Assembly: GCA_964036045.1 (NCBI GenBank)
Contig: OZ038378.1
Location: 165,912,001-165,976,000 of the forward strand
Length of the DNA stretch: 64,000 bases
From: Eutreptiella sp. 'Long Island Sound 2002'
Lineage: Eukaryota > Protista > Euglenida
Reading direction: 5' to 3'
Shown: piece after piece, positions 33,021-45,091 of the stretch
Position numbering within the stretch: position 1 is the stretch's first letter
Layout: every line of letters begins with the position of its first letter
Notes under the pieces: generated by a model
Seen by the model: only the letters and a program-made list of their open reading frames with translations
Databases searched by the model: none
Told to the model about the DNA's origin: nothing
Made by a program: the position numbers and the translations under genes

Positions 33021-36000
33021 TCATGCATTGGTCGGAGCATTCGTCGATGCGGTGCGCGGAGCACTGGTCGCCCCTCCTGGGCTGGGGCACAGCACCAGCG
33101 TCGGGTTCTGGCCCCATCCACCGCTGCTGTCCGTCCGCTGAACAACGGCCGAGCGGGCGGTGTTGTCGACACTCTTCATGATCAGTTGGTCCGAGATCGA
33201 GCCTTCCGAGGGGTCGTTGATGACGTAGCCGGTCTGCCAATTCAGCTTCGGTGTCTTGGACAGGTCAACCGTCTTGGTGTTGGCGCTGGAACTGCCAACT
33301 GCGGCACTCGCCCAGCCCTGCCGGCAGCAGGCGCATTGCTCCATGGACTCGCTGATGGGGATGGAGTCGGACACTTGCGAGGCATCCACCTCTGTCACTG
33401 TGAAGCCCGTGGCCGTGGTGTTGTTGGTGGACGTCAACTTGCAGTTTCGAGCCGTGGAGACGCCCGGGACCATCGAAGTGAGGGAGGGGAACGTCAGAGA
33501 GTAGTAGATAGACTCGATGTTGATGCCACCTTCTTCGCCCTCGATGTAGCTGCTGAATGATGAAGCCGTGTCCTTGATCTTCGTTGCCAACATTGTGTTG
33601 AATTCAGCCCGACGCTCCGTGATGGTCTTGGTGGCCCAAGAGGCGTTGTTTGCGTTGGATGTGAAGTCGATGGAGTATGTCTTCTCGTACGTGCTGTTTT
33701 CGCCGTCCGTCTCATAGCACTTCATGTACAAATCCGTGGCCTTCTCCATCCAGGACTCGACCAAATACGTCCACTCCGTCCCTGAGAGTGTTTGCAACGA
33801 AGCCTGCGCTGTGGCGGCGAGGGAATTCCCAGCATCCGTAAAGCGCGCGTAACTTGTGTCTCCGTCGTAGTTTGATTTGTCAAACACGGCGTTTGGCAAA
33901 TCAGTCATGCTGGTGTCAGCCTGAATAACGATGCTGCTGTTGCCCTGGCCAGCGGCCAAGTAATTCCGGTTGCTCACAAGTGCCTTGGTTCCGTTGATGT
34001 CAGCAAGGATCCACAATTGGTCAATCTGCTCAGTGCCGTACTTGACGGTGTCCAGGGTTACCAATCGGTTGCCTTTCTGCGTCAAATACAACTGTGACGA
34101 TCCATTCGTGCCTTTGGTGCGAAGCGTGAGCCCCGAAGACTTCCACTCTGCATACCAAATGGTGCCGTTGTTGAACCCGGGCTCCGTCTCAGCGCGCCGG
34201 AGGATCGCAACATCATCCTGTTTGGCCCCGGATAAGACTCCCAATGAGAGGCCGCTGGTCTTCAGGGACAACGTGACGTACTTCTTGTCGAGGGATTGGG
34301 TGTAGCTTATGTTTGTGGGGTCGGTCACAACGTCCACCGACGGTGTGGCATCCGAAAGCTCGGTCATCGCTGTAGTGATGTCGTTGGGCAAGAAGTCCGT
34401 CATCTCCGTCAGCATGCCATATTCAATGATCCTCCAATTGGACGCCTCCCCCACACTCTGGATCCACAGATCACTGTTGCCATTGAGGAGCCCATTCCCG
34501 CCGGTGGTCTGGTAGTCATTGTTTGCGCTGCTGCCGGTGTTGCTGCTGTTGGCGCCGGTGTCCGACCCATTGCTCACACCCACATCTGCACTGGCAGCAC
34601 CGTACCCGGCAGATACCCCCACGTTGGTGGACTGTGTGGTGCTGCTGCCACTCCAATCCCCGGACGCGGTAGAGGCCTCCGTTTGGTAGGCCTTGCCCCC
34701 CAGAGTGACAGACTCAGGGTAGAAGTCCCCATACGCAAGCAGCACTTTGTTCAGGTTCGAGGCTCGAGTGACGGCAGAGGGCTGCTTGGTGGCATCCAAC
34801 GCTTCGCGCAGGTCTGCCAGGTATTGGTCGGACAGCTTCAGACTGGGCTGTGGCCAGATCTTTGCCCTGGGGTACAGCCACTGCGTGAGCATCGTGGTCT
34901 GTTCGCTAGAGGTGGCGCTGGAGTCCGAGCTGCCGCTGTTCGTGCCAACACTGACACCGACGGAGGCCCCGGCGGGAACCCCAGCGCTGACCCCGACGGA
35001 CGTGCTAGTGAAGCCGGACGCAACGGAATCCGCGCTGGCCAGGGACTTGCACAGCGTGGCCTTGATGGTGGACCCGTCCTCAACGGCGTAGCTCACGGCT
35101 TCGGGATTCCAGACCCAGGGCTGTTTGGGGGCAGGCTTGATGCCATCGGCCGTCACGGAGAACCCCCGCAGAAGGTTGTTTCCCTCGAACACCTTCTGCC
35201 ACTGGTTCATGGTCAAATCCACCGCCTGCTCCAGGGTTCCTGCCTCAGAGGCGCCACTGGTCGTCGAAATCGTCGCGTCCGGAAGCGGCCCAGCCGTCAC
35301 GGCGGGTGCCAGGTTCCCCTTTATGGCGTCCACATTGGCCTGGGTTGCCGCTGCATTGTTCTTCGCCGCCTCACCGGATGCCGCAGCCGCAGCGGAGGCA
35401 TCGGCGGGCGGTGGCGAATTGGGGGCTTGGCTGGTCATCGTCAGAATGCAGTCGGTCGCGATCTCACTCGCAGTTGTGGTGGCTTCATCAGCCGACGACA
35501 CTGGGAAATTGTTTGCTTGCAAGAACATCATCCCGTTGGCCGGCGCGGTCGCCTTCAGCGCCGTCCGCACATTCGCCAGGCTCTCGTCCCCGCCCAATGT
35601 GCTGACCCGGAGCGATGCAGCGTTGACGTCGTTCTGCACAATGTTGTACGCCGTACACGCCCCTGCACTGGCAGTGGCATCTGCCTCAAGGGCCTCGGTA
35701 AGCGCCTTGGTGGTGGTGGTGGTGGTGCTGTTGGTGGTCGCAGGTGCTGTGGTTAACGAGGACCCGGCCTTGAGGGCTCGGGTTCGGGAGGCCTCCAGAT
35801 GCGGGGACAACTCCCGGGAAAGCCGCCCGGCCTTGGCGACAGGCACGACCACCTGTGTACCTCTGCGCGGCACAAGGTACACGGACCGGCGGTCCGCAAG
35901 CCCCAGGGCTGTGGTCAGGTTGCGCTCAACGGCAGCGCAGCGGGCAGCAAGGGCAGAGCCCGGGGTAATGCTTTTCTGGAGCTGGGCCATGGTACGTCGG

Positions 36001-36398
36001 AGGTCGGCACGCCGCAGAAGGCCGGCGTTGGGGACGTGACTGTCCCGACTGCCCGTCATCTTGGCATAGAGACTCTCCAACAGACCAAGTGCCTGCTCGG
36101 CCCCCGAAGCTTCAGAGACAAGTTGGGCCGGGCTGTGGTGCACAAACGCGGTGGCGAATGGGATCCGAGCCTTCCGCAGCATCTTGGGCCACACCGCAGG
36201 CCGGTCAGCAGGGGCCTGGAGGGCGACCTGAGAACCGCTGGCGGCCAGGCGCATGGCTTGCCCCAGGGTCTGATCAGGATTGGGGCCTGCGGGCAGCACT
36301 GTAATGCCGTCCATGCGCGGGAGTGGGAGGGCATCCAGAGCAACCCCCTGCAGGAGGATAACCCCTCCCTTGGGGCGAGCAGCTTGACAGCACAGCAT
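33021..36398 (-). CDS. MACPF domain protein, copy 3 (1125 aa)
   Basis: Near-identical; intact; private A>V (APAVTAG). Confidence 0.85.
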   Translation of the reverse strand: MLCCQAARPKGGVILLQGVALDALPLPRMDGITVLPAGPNPDQTLGQAMRLAASGSQVALQAPADRPAVWPKMLRKARIPFATAFVHHSPAQLVSEASGAEQALGLLESLYAKMTGSRDSHVPNAGLLRRADLRRTMAQLQKSITPGSALAARCAAVERNLTTALGLADRRSVYLVPRRGTQVVVPVAKAGRLSRELSPHLEASRTRALKAGSSLTTAPATTNSTTTTTTKALTEALEADATASAGACTAYNIVQNDVNAASLRVSTLGGDESLANVRTALKATAPANGMMFLQANNFPVSSADEATTTASEIATDCILTMTSQAPNSPPPADASAAAAASGEAAKNNAAATQANVDAIKGNLAPAVTAGPLPDATISTTSGASEAGTLEQAVDLTMNQWQKVFEGNNLLRGFSVTADGIKPAPKQPWVWNPEAVSYAVEDGSTIKATLCKSLASADSVASGFTSTSVGVSAGVPAGASVGVSVGTNSGSSDSSATSSEQTTMLTQWLYPRAKIWPQPSLKLSDQYLADLREALDATKQPSAVTRASNLNKVLLAYGDFYPESVTLGGKAYQTEASTASGDWSGSSTTQSTNVGVSAGYGAASADVGVSNGSDTGANSSNTGSSANNDYQTTGGNGLLNGNSDLWIQSVGEASNWRIIEYGMLTEMTDFLPNDITTAMTELSDATPSVDVVTDPTNISYTQSLDKKYVTLSLKTSGLSLGVLSGAKQDDVAILRRAETEPGFNNGTIWYAEWKSSGLTLRTKGTNGSSQLYLTQKGNRLVTLDTVKYGTEQIDQLWILADINGTKALVSNRNYLAAGQGNSSIVIQADTSMTDLPNAVFDKSNYDGDTSYARFTDAGNSLAATAQASLQTLSGTEWTYLVESWMEKATDLYMKCYETDGENSTYEKTYSIDFTSNANNASWATKTITERRAEFNTMLATKIKDTASSFSSYIEGEEGGINIESIYYSLTFPSLTSMVPGVSTARNCKLTSTNNTTATGFTVTEVDASQVSDSIPISESMEQCACCRQGWASAAVGSSSANTKTVDLSKTPKLNWQTGYVINDPSEGSISDQLIMKSVDNTARSAVVQRTDSSGGWGQNPTLVLCPSPGGATSAPRTASTNAPTNA

Positions 36399-36416
36399 TT
36401 TTGAACAGTGGAATCT

Positions 36417-36444
36417 CTAGAAAAAAACCATGGACACTCAGAAA
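36417..36444 (-). other. Relic SL-like sequence/acceptor (copy 3)
   Basis: Same sequence and spacing as copy 1. Confidence 0.65.
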
Positions 36445-39400
36445 AAAAAATGATGCCTCGACTTCCCCAACTTGGCGCAACTTTATTGTGGGGGGCGGAC
36501 CATTCCATCTCAGCCCATTGGACCATTTGGTGGGGATGTCAAGGTGAACCCCACCCCCTAAGCATCTGAGATGGGATGCGCCCTGCAAAGTACAATTTTC
36601 AGGGCCCCAATTTCGGCAGATAACTGTCAAAACATGTCAGCCCCCACCCAGCCCCACCCTATGAACAACTGTTGTTGGTCTCTAAAACCACAGAGCGACA
36701 ATTCAAAGCAAGCTGAAATGTCCATCAACCTGGGCGAGGGTTTTGGGATTTGGGATTCTGTTGTGCATATTGTACTGCTTCTTCTCTGACTCCCTCTTCA
36801 AAGAGTCCTGTTGCAAGAGCTGAATCTAAAGGCATTTTGCCACATGTACAATGGCACATCAGCAACCAAAAAGTAGGAGCAAGCGAAACAAAAACAAACA
36901 GAAAGCACAACCTCAAGCATCAGGTTTCTGCCACATGCACGTTTGCAAACGATGAAATGAGACATAAATTCCTTCACTTCTTGGGCTGAATTGAACGCAT
37001 ACTACATTGAAACCAGAAGCAACTTCTGACTCAAAACAGTGCACCACTGTGAAGCATAGGTAACAATTAAAAGTTGGTTGAACCATTCTTTCACCCTCAT
37101 CCCATCCCATCTGCATTTGACCCCACCTGGTATAATACCTGCTCGGCTTTACAGTACTAGCATTGTGCAAACCATCAATGCTTTTGGCTTCCCACGTACT
37201 CAAAAGGAGGTTTTCAAATGCCTGGTTCTGCACCACATGCACAATGCCCCTCCAACCCTTGGATCTTGCAAACAATGCATCTGAATATGATGGTTGCATA
37301 CACGGACACAAGTTAAGGCAGATCTTATGTTCCTCCGGAACTCCCATTGAAGTGAATGCAAGAAATAATTGCAATTTTCAAAGGGGGGGCATAAAATGGG
37401 GGATGGGGTGAAGGTGAAGAAGTTGCATATGTTTGCCGCCATTTTCTATTGCTATATGCCTTGTGATGTTTGTCTTGAGCCCATGGTTTTACATTTCAAA
37501 AAATAAATATTTGTCCAGGTTGAGCACAAAGGATCCTTGGTGTTGATCAAGCCCGTGAGGTCACCTTCGATTATCGTACTTGGACGTGATACAGCACTTG
37601 GAGAGGATGCTGGATTGTCCCTCGGCGTTGATCATGCTCCTGAGGTCCGACATCAGCCGTGCCTGCCCAGGCTCCCCATGATGGGGGGAAAACAACATGG
37701 ATACATCACCACACGCCCAAATAGTTGCACCGAGCTTGCACTGAAACCCAAAGTTGGGTCTTTGCGCCCCCAAAGACCCAACTAGTCCGCCCTCACTCCA
37801 AAAACAACGCGGCTCAATCGGATCTTCTCGTATCTTTTGCGGCAAGGGCCCATATAGCTGCATCAAGGGATAGGTCACCACTTTACAATCCTACTTCGGG
37901 GCAACAAAGAGTTAAGCATACTCCCTTTTGGCCCAACTCAGTAGGATGTGCAACGCTATTCCATGGGGCTCCGTCATGAATGATTGCACTTGCTCCTTCG
38001 GCGTGCCCTTGGACACATGTGAAGGCATGATGTCCAGACCTTCAAACACACACCAATGTTTGTGCATTTTGAAGCCACGCCTTCTACCTCCTTTTTTTGT
38101 CCCCGAGACACACACTGTAGCACCATAGCACATGCTCATCATCTTCAGGCTCCAGCTCACACTATGGGCATATAGTGTCCCGAAGGTCCTTGTCATTGGG
38201 TCTCTGTGCTGTCCATAGCACGCCTGTTCACTAGCCCCTGAGCAGCGCCTTGTTGAGTTTCATCCCGTCAACAACGTAGAGAACAACCTAGCTCGCCTCC
38301 TTGTCAATACATCCCATCATGCCATGGAATTACCTAGGCCTTCTCTTCTCTAGCATTAATAGTGCATGGTATCGAAAAAGGGTCAAAAATGGGTCAAAAA
38401 ACGTGTTTTTCCAAAAGTGATCCTGGACTAGACGGGATGCTCAAAGAAGTGTTTTTAGCCCATTTTGGGCCTGTGGGGACGCGTTTTGGCCCATGGATAA
38501 TCCCAAAATGCCTTGAAAAGCGCCCGTTTTGGGACCAAAAATGGGTCAAAATGGGGTTTTGCAATGCCCGGCACATACCTAGTCCATTAGTTGTCAACCT
38601 GGTGCTGACCTAGAGTGTGCATCTCTTGGAGCACCCTTGGCGCACCCGTACTACACTTGTCCCGTCTAGTACAGCACAGAGTTGCCGGCTCTCAATGATG
38701 TATTACACCACCACGTGCAGTGAGCCGGGCGTTCGTGTGCGGGTGTAGGTGTGGGTGTGGTGGTACTACCAATCAGCTTCCAATACACCAAGCCAATACA
38801 ATATTCTAAAGCCATAGAAAGTCATTGTGTTCACCTAGGTACCAGTTGCCGGTGAAGCACAGGAAAATGGTCCAAGATACTGCAGCACTTCATCACATTG
38901 AGTTCAGGCCCACTGACCATCCCCATCCCTATTACCTCTACCAGAACCGCATGCCATCCGCCCAGTCTATCTCTGTGGTCCCACGTTCCGTTTGCCGGGG
39001 CCAACTGCTCACCCAGGAGTAGACCCTGAGAAAAAAAGAAAGCCATCCATGAATGCCCTGTCCACAGCCTTGGGTTCTGCTGTCCATCAGCTTTGGGACT
39101 GGTTTGTTTTCCATTAGCCAGGAACCCTACGGACTTGGATGAGCTGGAAACAGTTGCAGGAATCTTATTTCAGGTCTGTTTGCAATGTGGCTTTCGCTTG
39201 CACTGCCACAGTGATAGAAAACAGATCTACCCTTGACAAACACAGAAGGTTTCAGAGCTGGTGGACAACAGGGTGTGTGTATTGCAGGACCATTTGGTGC
39301 ATGCATGCATGGGAAACGATAGTGGAATTACTTCAAAGCCAAACGATCCGATCCTCAATGCAGTGTGTAAAGCCGTCCGCAACTCTTTGGCGTCCATAAT

Positions 39401-40309
39401 GTACATGGAGAACTGGTTGCTAAAAGCCTCGCAAGCCCCTGGTACCTTCGTAATTCTCGTATACACCGCGGGCTGGACAGGGCAAGGCAGCCTGGGAGAA
39501 CCAGGCCGAATGCTCCACGCCATCTGATCTGCTGCGGTATTGTGCAACCTTGTCCAGCTTGGACCATTGGCCATCGCATCCGGTGTCACCAGTGGTTCGT
39601 GTGCCAAAGGCTGGTGGGGTACCGTGCAGTACACCGTACACCCCGTGTCCGGTGGTGTGGTGAGGGAGAGAGAGAGGGAGCGTCGCAGGATGATCTCAAT
39701 GATCGTGTATATTGAGGGGCAATCAGGACCCCACGGATCTAACTTTATAATAAAACAACGCCGATGCGAAGGCGCCATAACAATTATAACATCCTTTGTA
39801 GGATTCTAGATACAGATGGGCAGCGCGCCCACGTGCTGACGGCAAGCACAGCCCTAGCAGGTGCTTACCACCCACAGGGACCTTCAAGGGAAGCAATAAC
39901 GGCCGCCCCTAGCCCCGGAAAAAAGGCACGGTTTACGAAGCGTTTTGGGCCCAAAGTAGACATCGTGTGAGAGAGAACAACTACGACATCATCAAGTGCA
40001 CCAACTTCTGAAAACCTCACAACAATATGTGACATGCTCATGGGATTCTGGGAGTCCAAGGGCAAGGCAGGTAGTCGCAGGGGCGAGGCTTATAGCCTCA
40101 CAAGCCCGTGACTCCCCTCTGAAGAACTTTCAATGACCCTTGGGCAGATGGATCCCAGGGCACAGGAAGAAGCAGTCCCCTCAGGGGACCAGCCCGCTCC
40201 CAGTGCCCTATCAAGAGACTCCTGGGCTGGGACCCCCAGCCGTGACACGGTAGAAAACACAGCTATAGTTGTACCCTACTGCGTCAGCGAGTGCTCCTCA
40301 GACAGGCGC

Positions 40310-43300
40310 TCATGCATTGGTCGGAGCATTCGTCGATGCGGTGCGCGGAGCACTGGTCGCCCCTCCTGGGCTGGGGCACAGCACCAGCGTCGGGTTCTGG
40401 CCCCATCCACCGCTGCTGTCCGTCCGCTGAACAACGGCCGAGCGGGCGGTGTTGTCGACACTCTTCATGATCAGTTGGTCCGAGATCGAGCCTTCCGAGG
40501 GGTCGTTGATGACGTAGCCGGTCTGCCAATTCAGCTTCGGTGTCTTGGACAGGTCAACCGTCTTGGTGTTGGCGCTGGAACTGCCAACTGCGGCACTCGC
40601 CCAGCCCTGCCGGCAGCAGGCGCATTGCTCCATGGACTCGCTGATGGGGATGGAGTCGGACACTTGCGAGGCATCCACCTCTGTCACTGTGAAGCCCGTG
40701 GCCGTGGTGTTGTTGGTGGACGTCAACTTGCAGTTTCGAGCCGTGGAGACGCCCGGGACCATCGAAGTGAGGGAGGGGAACGTCAGAGAGTAGTAGATAG
40801 ACTCGATGTTGATGCCACCTTCTTCGCCCTCGATGTAGCTGCTGAATGATGAAGCCGTGTCCTTGATCTTCGTTGCCAACATTGTGTTGAATTCAGCCCG
40901 ACGCTCCGTGATGGTCTTGGTGGCCCAAGAGGCGTTGTTTGCGTTGGATGTGAAGTCGATGGAGTATGTCTTCTCGTACGTGCTGTTTTCGCCGTCCGTC
41001 TCATAGCACTTCATGTACAAATCCGTGGCCTTCTCCATCCAGGACTCGACCAAATACGTCCACTCCGTCCCTGAGAGTGTTTGCAACGAAGCCTGCGCTG
41101 TGGCGGCGAGGGAATTCCCAGCATCCGTAAAGCGCGCGTAACTTGTGTCTCCGTCGTAGTTTGATTTGTCAAACACGGCGTTTGGCAAATCAGTCATGCT
41201 GGTGTCAGCCTGAATAACGATGCTGCTGTTGCCCTGGCCAGCGGCCAAGTAATTCCGGTTGCTCACAAGTGCCTTGGTTCCGTTGATGTCAGCAAGGATC
41301 CACAATTGGTCAATCTGCTCAGTGCCGTACTTGACGGTGTCCAGGGTTACCAATCGGTTGCCTTTCTGCGTCAAATACAACTGTGAGGACCCATTCGTGC
41401 CTTTGGTGCGAAGCGTGAGCCCCGAAGACTTCCACTCTGCATACCAAATGGTGCCGTTGTTGAACCCGGGCTCCGTCTCAGCGCGCCGGAGGATCGCAAC
41501 ATCATCCTGTTTGGCCCCGGATAAGACTCCCAATGAGAGGCCGCTGGTCTTCAGGGACAACGTGACGTACTTCTTGTCGAGGGATTGGGTGTAGCTTATG
41601 TTTGTGGGGTCGGTCACAACGTCCACCGACGGTGTGGCATCCGAAAGCTCGGTCATCGCTGTAGTGATGTCGTTGGGCAAGAAGTCCGTCATCTCCGTCA
41701 GCATGCCATATTCAATGATCCTCCAATTGGACGCCTCCCCCACACTCTGGATCCACAGATCACTGTTGCCATTGAGGAGCCCATTCCCGCCGGTGGTCTG
41801 GTAGTCATTGTTTGCGCTGCTGCCGGTGTTGCTGCTGTTGGCGCCGGTGTCCGACCCATTGCTCACACCCACATCTGCACTGGCAGCACCGTACCCGGCA
41901 GATACCCCCACGTTGGTGGACTGTGTGGTGCTGCTGCCACTCCAATCCCCGGACGCGGTAGAGGCCTCCATTTGGTAGGCCTTGCCCCCCAGAGTGACAG
42001 ACTCAGGGTAGAAGTCCCCATACGCAAGCAGCACTTTGTTCAGGTTCGAGGCTCGAGTGACGGCAGAGGGCTGCTTGGTGGCATCCAACGCTTCGCGCAG
42101 GTCTGCCAGGTATTGGTCGGACAGCTTCAGACTGGGCTGTGGCCAGATCTTTGCCCTGGGGTACAGCCACTGCGTGAGCATCGTGGTCTGTTCGCTAGAG
42201 GTGGCGCTGGAGTCCGAGCTGCCGCTGTTCGTGCCAACACTGACACCGACGGAGGCCCCGGCGGGAACCCCAGCGCTGACCCCGACGGACGTGCTAGTGA
42301 AGCCGGACGCAACGGAATCCGCGCTGGCCAGGGACTTGCACAGCGTGGCCTTGATGGTGGACCCGTCCTCAACGGCGTAGCTCACGGCTTCGGGATTCCA
42401 GACCCAGGGCTGTTTGGGGGCAGGCTTGATGCCATCGGCCGTCACGGAGAACCCCCGCAGAAGGTTGTTTCCCTCGAACACCTTCTGCCACTGGTTCATG
42501 GTCAAATCCACCGCCTGCTCCAGGGTTCCTGCCTCAGAGGCGCCACTGGTCGTCGAAATCGTCGCGTCCGGAAGCGGCCCAGCCGTAGCGGCGGGTGCCA
42601 GGTTCCCCTTTATGGCGTCCACATTGGCCTGGGTTGCCGCTGCATTGTTCTTCGCCGCCTCACCGGATGCCGCAGCCGCAGCGGAGGCGTCGGCGGGCGG
42701 TGGCGAATTGGGGGCTTGGCTGGTCATCGTCAGAATGCAGTCGGTCGCGATCTCACTCGCAGTTGTGGTGGCTTCATCAGCCGACGACACTGGGAAATTG
42801 TTTGCTTGCAAGAACATCATCCCGTTGGCCGGCGCGGTCGCCTTCAGCGCCGTCCGCACATTCGCCAGGCTCTCGTCCCCGCCCAATGTGCTGACCCGGA
42901 GCGATGCAGCGTTGACGTCGTTCTGCACAATGTTGTACGCCGTACACGCCCCTGCACTGGCAGTGGCATCTGCCTCAAGGGCCTCGGTAAGCGCCTTGGT
43001 GGTGGTGGTGGTGGTGCTGTTGGTGGTCGCAGGTGCTGTGGTTAACGAGGACCCGGCCTTGAGGGCTCGGGTTCGGGAGGCCTCCAGATGCGGGGACAAC
43101 TCCCGGGAAAGCCGCCCGGCCTTGGCGACAGGCACGACCACCTGTGTACCTCTGCGCGGCACAAGGTACACGGACCGGCGGTCCGCAAGCCCCAGGGCTG
43201 TGGTCAGGTTGCGCTCAACGGCAGCGCAGCGGGCAGCAAGGGCAGAGCCCGGGGTAATGCTTTTCTGGAGCTGGGCCATGGTACGTCGGAGGTCGGCACG

Positions 43301-43687
43301 CCGCAGAAGGCCGGCGTTGGGGACGTGACTGTCCCGACTGCCCGTCATCTTGGCATAGAGACTCTCCAACAGACCAAGTGCCTGCTCGGCCCCCGAAGCT
43401 TCAGAGACAAGTTGGGCCGGGCTGTGGTGCACAAACGCGGTGGCGAATGGGATCCGAGCCTTCCGCAGCATCTTGGGCCACACCGCAGGCCGGTCAGCAG
43501 GGGCCTGGAGGGCGACCTGAGAACCGCTGGCGGCCAGGCGCATGGCTTGCCCCAGGGTCTGATCAGGATTGGGGCCTGCGGGCAGCACTGTAATGCCGTC
43601 CATGCGCGGGAGTGGGAGGGCATCCAGAGCAACCCCCTGCAGGAGGATAACCCCTCCCTTGGGGCGAGCAGCTTGACAGCACAGCAT
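40310..43687 (-). CDS. MACPF domain protein, copy 4 (1125 aa)
   Basis: Near-identical; intact; private T>M (GGKAYQMEAS). Confidence 0.85.
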   Translation of the reverse strand: MLCCQAARPKGGVILLQGVALDALPLPRMDGITVLPAGPNPDQTLGQAMRLAASGSQVALQAPADRPAVWPKMLRKARIPFATAFVHHSPAQLVSEASGAEQALGLLESLYAKMTGSRDSHVPNAGLLRRADLRRTMAQLQKSITPGSALAARCAAVERNLTTALGLADRRSVYLVPRRGTQVVVPVAKAGRLSRELSPHLEASRTRALKAGSSLTTAPATTNSTTTTTTKALTEALEADATASAGACTAYNIVQNDVNAASLRVSTLGGDESLANVRTALKATAPANGMMFLQANNFPVSSADEATTTASEIATDCILTMTSQAPNSPPPADASAAAAASGEAAKNNAAATQANVDAIKGNLAPAATAGPLPDATISTTSGASEAGTLEQAVDLTMNQWQKVFEGNNLLRGFSVTADGIKPAPKQPWVWNPEAVSYAVEDGSTIKATLCKSLASADSVASGFTSTSVGVSAGVPAGASVGVSVGTNSGSSDSSATSSEQTTMLTQWLYPRAKIWPQPSLKLSDQYLADLREALDATKQPSAVTRASNLNKVLLAYGDFYPESVTLGGKAYQMEASTASGDWSGSSTTQSTNVGVSAGYGAASADVGVSNGSDTGANSSNTGSSANNDYQTTGGNGLLNGNSDLWIQSVGEASNWRIIEYGMLTEMTDFLPNDITTAMTELSDATPSVDVVTDPTNISYTQSLDKKYVTLSLKTSGLSLGVLSGAKQDDVAILRRAETEPGFNNGTIWYAEWKSSGLTLRTKGTNGSSQLYLTQKGNRLVTLDTVKYGTEQIDQLWILADINGTKALVSNRNYLAAGQGNSSIVIQADTSMTDLPNAVFDKSNYDGDTSYARFTDAGNSLAATAQASLQTLSGTEWTYLVESWMEKATDLYMKCYETDGENSTYEKTYSIDFTSNANNASWATKTITERRAEFNTMLATKIKDTASSFSSYIEGEEGGINIESIYYSLTFPSLTSMVPGVSTARNCKLTSTNNTTATGFTVTEVDASQVSDSIPISESMEQCACCRQGWASAAVGSSSANTKTVDLSKTPKLNWQTGYVINDPSEGSISDQLIMKSVDNTARSAVVQRTDSSGGWGQNPTLVLCPSPGGATSAPRTASTNAPTNA

Positions 43688-43705
43688 TTTTGAACAGTGG
43701 AGTTT

Positions 43706-43733
43706 CTAGAAAAAAACCATGGACACTCAGAAA
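43706..43733 (-). other. Relic SL-like sequence/acceptor (copy 4)
   Basis: Same relic; two substitutions in the short 5' UTR relative to copies 1-3. Confidence 0.65.
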
Positions 43734-44959
43734 AAAAAATGATGCCTCGACTTCCCCAACTTTCCAGTGGAGCTAAGATCTGTGCTCAACTCCATTGTCT
43801 ACCAGCGGGGAGGTCATCATCATAAATTTGTAACAAAAACTCAACACAAAATCGAACTGATAGCCTGGATGCTGAGATGCACCGGAGCCATGTCTAAAGG
43901 GGGGTGTGCACACAGCGCAGGCACAACGTGGCCACAGAATCCATGATAGGGGTGCCTTTACCGCAACCAATCTCAAAACCATCGACCGTCCAAAACGCTA
44001 TAACCAAACAATGCGAAGCTGCACATGGGAGTGCCCATACTCAATGGTACAGGTTGGGTGTCCTTTGTAGTCAGGGGAAGTGTACTATTCCCTTGCCTAT
44101 GTTCCGCTCCATGTTGCTGACTGTGGCGAACGCGCCCAAGCAATGCAAAATATAGTAGACCAATGAGCACATGAGCACATTAGCAACCCCTGGACAATGG
44201 GGGGAGGGGGGAGGATATTTGAACCAGTCCTTTGTCTGTCTTGTGGTATCCAACATTAGGTGGGGGGGGTTGTGCACAGCGCACACATTACAGCGGGAAA
44301 TTGGGGATTTTTGCTACCATTGGCAACAATCTTGCCTCTATGGACCATACTACACCCCCACAATGTTGCACAACCTCATGTTTCGCCCCCCCCCCCCCCC
44401 AGCCACCCAATGCCCCAAATTGCAACCTGAACAGCACCTTACAACGTAGTGGAAAGCACATGCACAATGAGCACATCTGAAGAGAAATTATTCGAAATAC
44501 GCGGTTTGTTTGACTGGAACAACAAAAGGATATAATTGTGGCTGACCATCTGCCAAGTCACACGAGTGATTAGCCATGCATTTATTGCACAAAAAGATAT
44601 GGCATTAGCAGCACTCTAAAGTCTCCAATGTGCACACAATTGGCACAAATACGTATCATCCGAGTCAGGGTCCAAAGGAGGTGCTTCATCGTCGCGCCAA
44701 ATGGAAGAAGAGAAATGCTCCCAAGGTCCGTAGGGTTGATACACCTTCTGCCGACGAAGCTGAAACTGTGCAAAATGCAAAAGAATGCGGGTATTGGCAT
44801 GTAGGTCTCGGGCGGTACCCATCCAAATGCCTCAAACGACCTTCCAATGCCATAGACGGGCAAAGAGGTGCTAAATACGAGCACGATAATCGCCATGCAC
44901 ATTAATATACTCTCTTACGCGTTTCGTAAGAACCTTGTGGCCCATGAAAGGAGTATGCA

Positions 44960-45091
44960 AATGTGTGCTACGTCACCCCTGCATCCTTGGGGATCCCCAA
45001 ACAAAAGGGGACAAAATCAGATTTGTGGGCCTCACACCTGCCTTCTCGAGGGCCCAAAAGAGGGCGCAAATGCTATGTGACCCCTACGTTC
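44960..45091 (+). repeat. About 1.3 monomers of the 105-bp satellite captured in unit 4
   Basis: Matches 52875-53006, then switches into the shared spacer at ...CCTACGTTC|AATGCTTTTGG. Confidence 0.9.
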
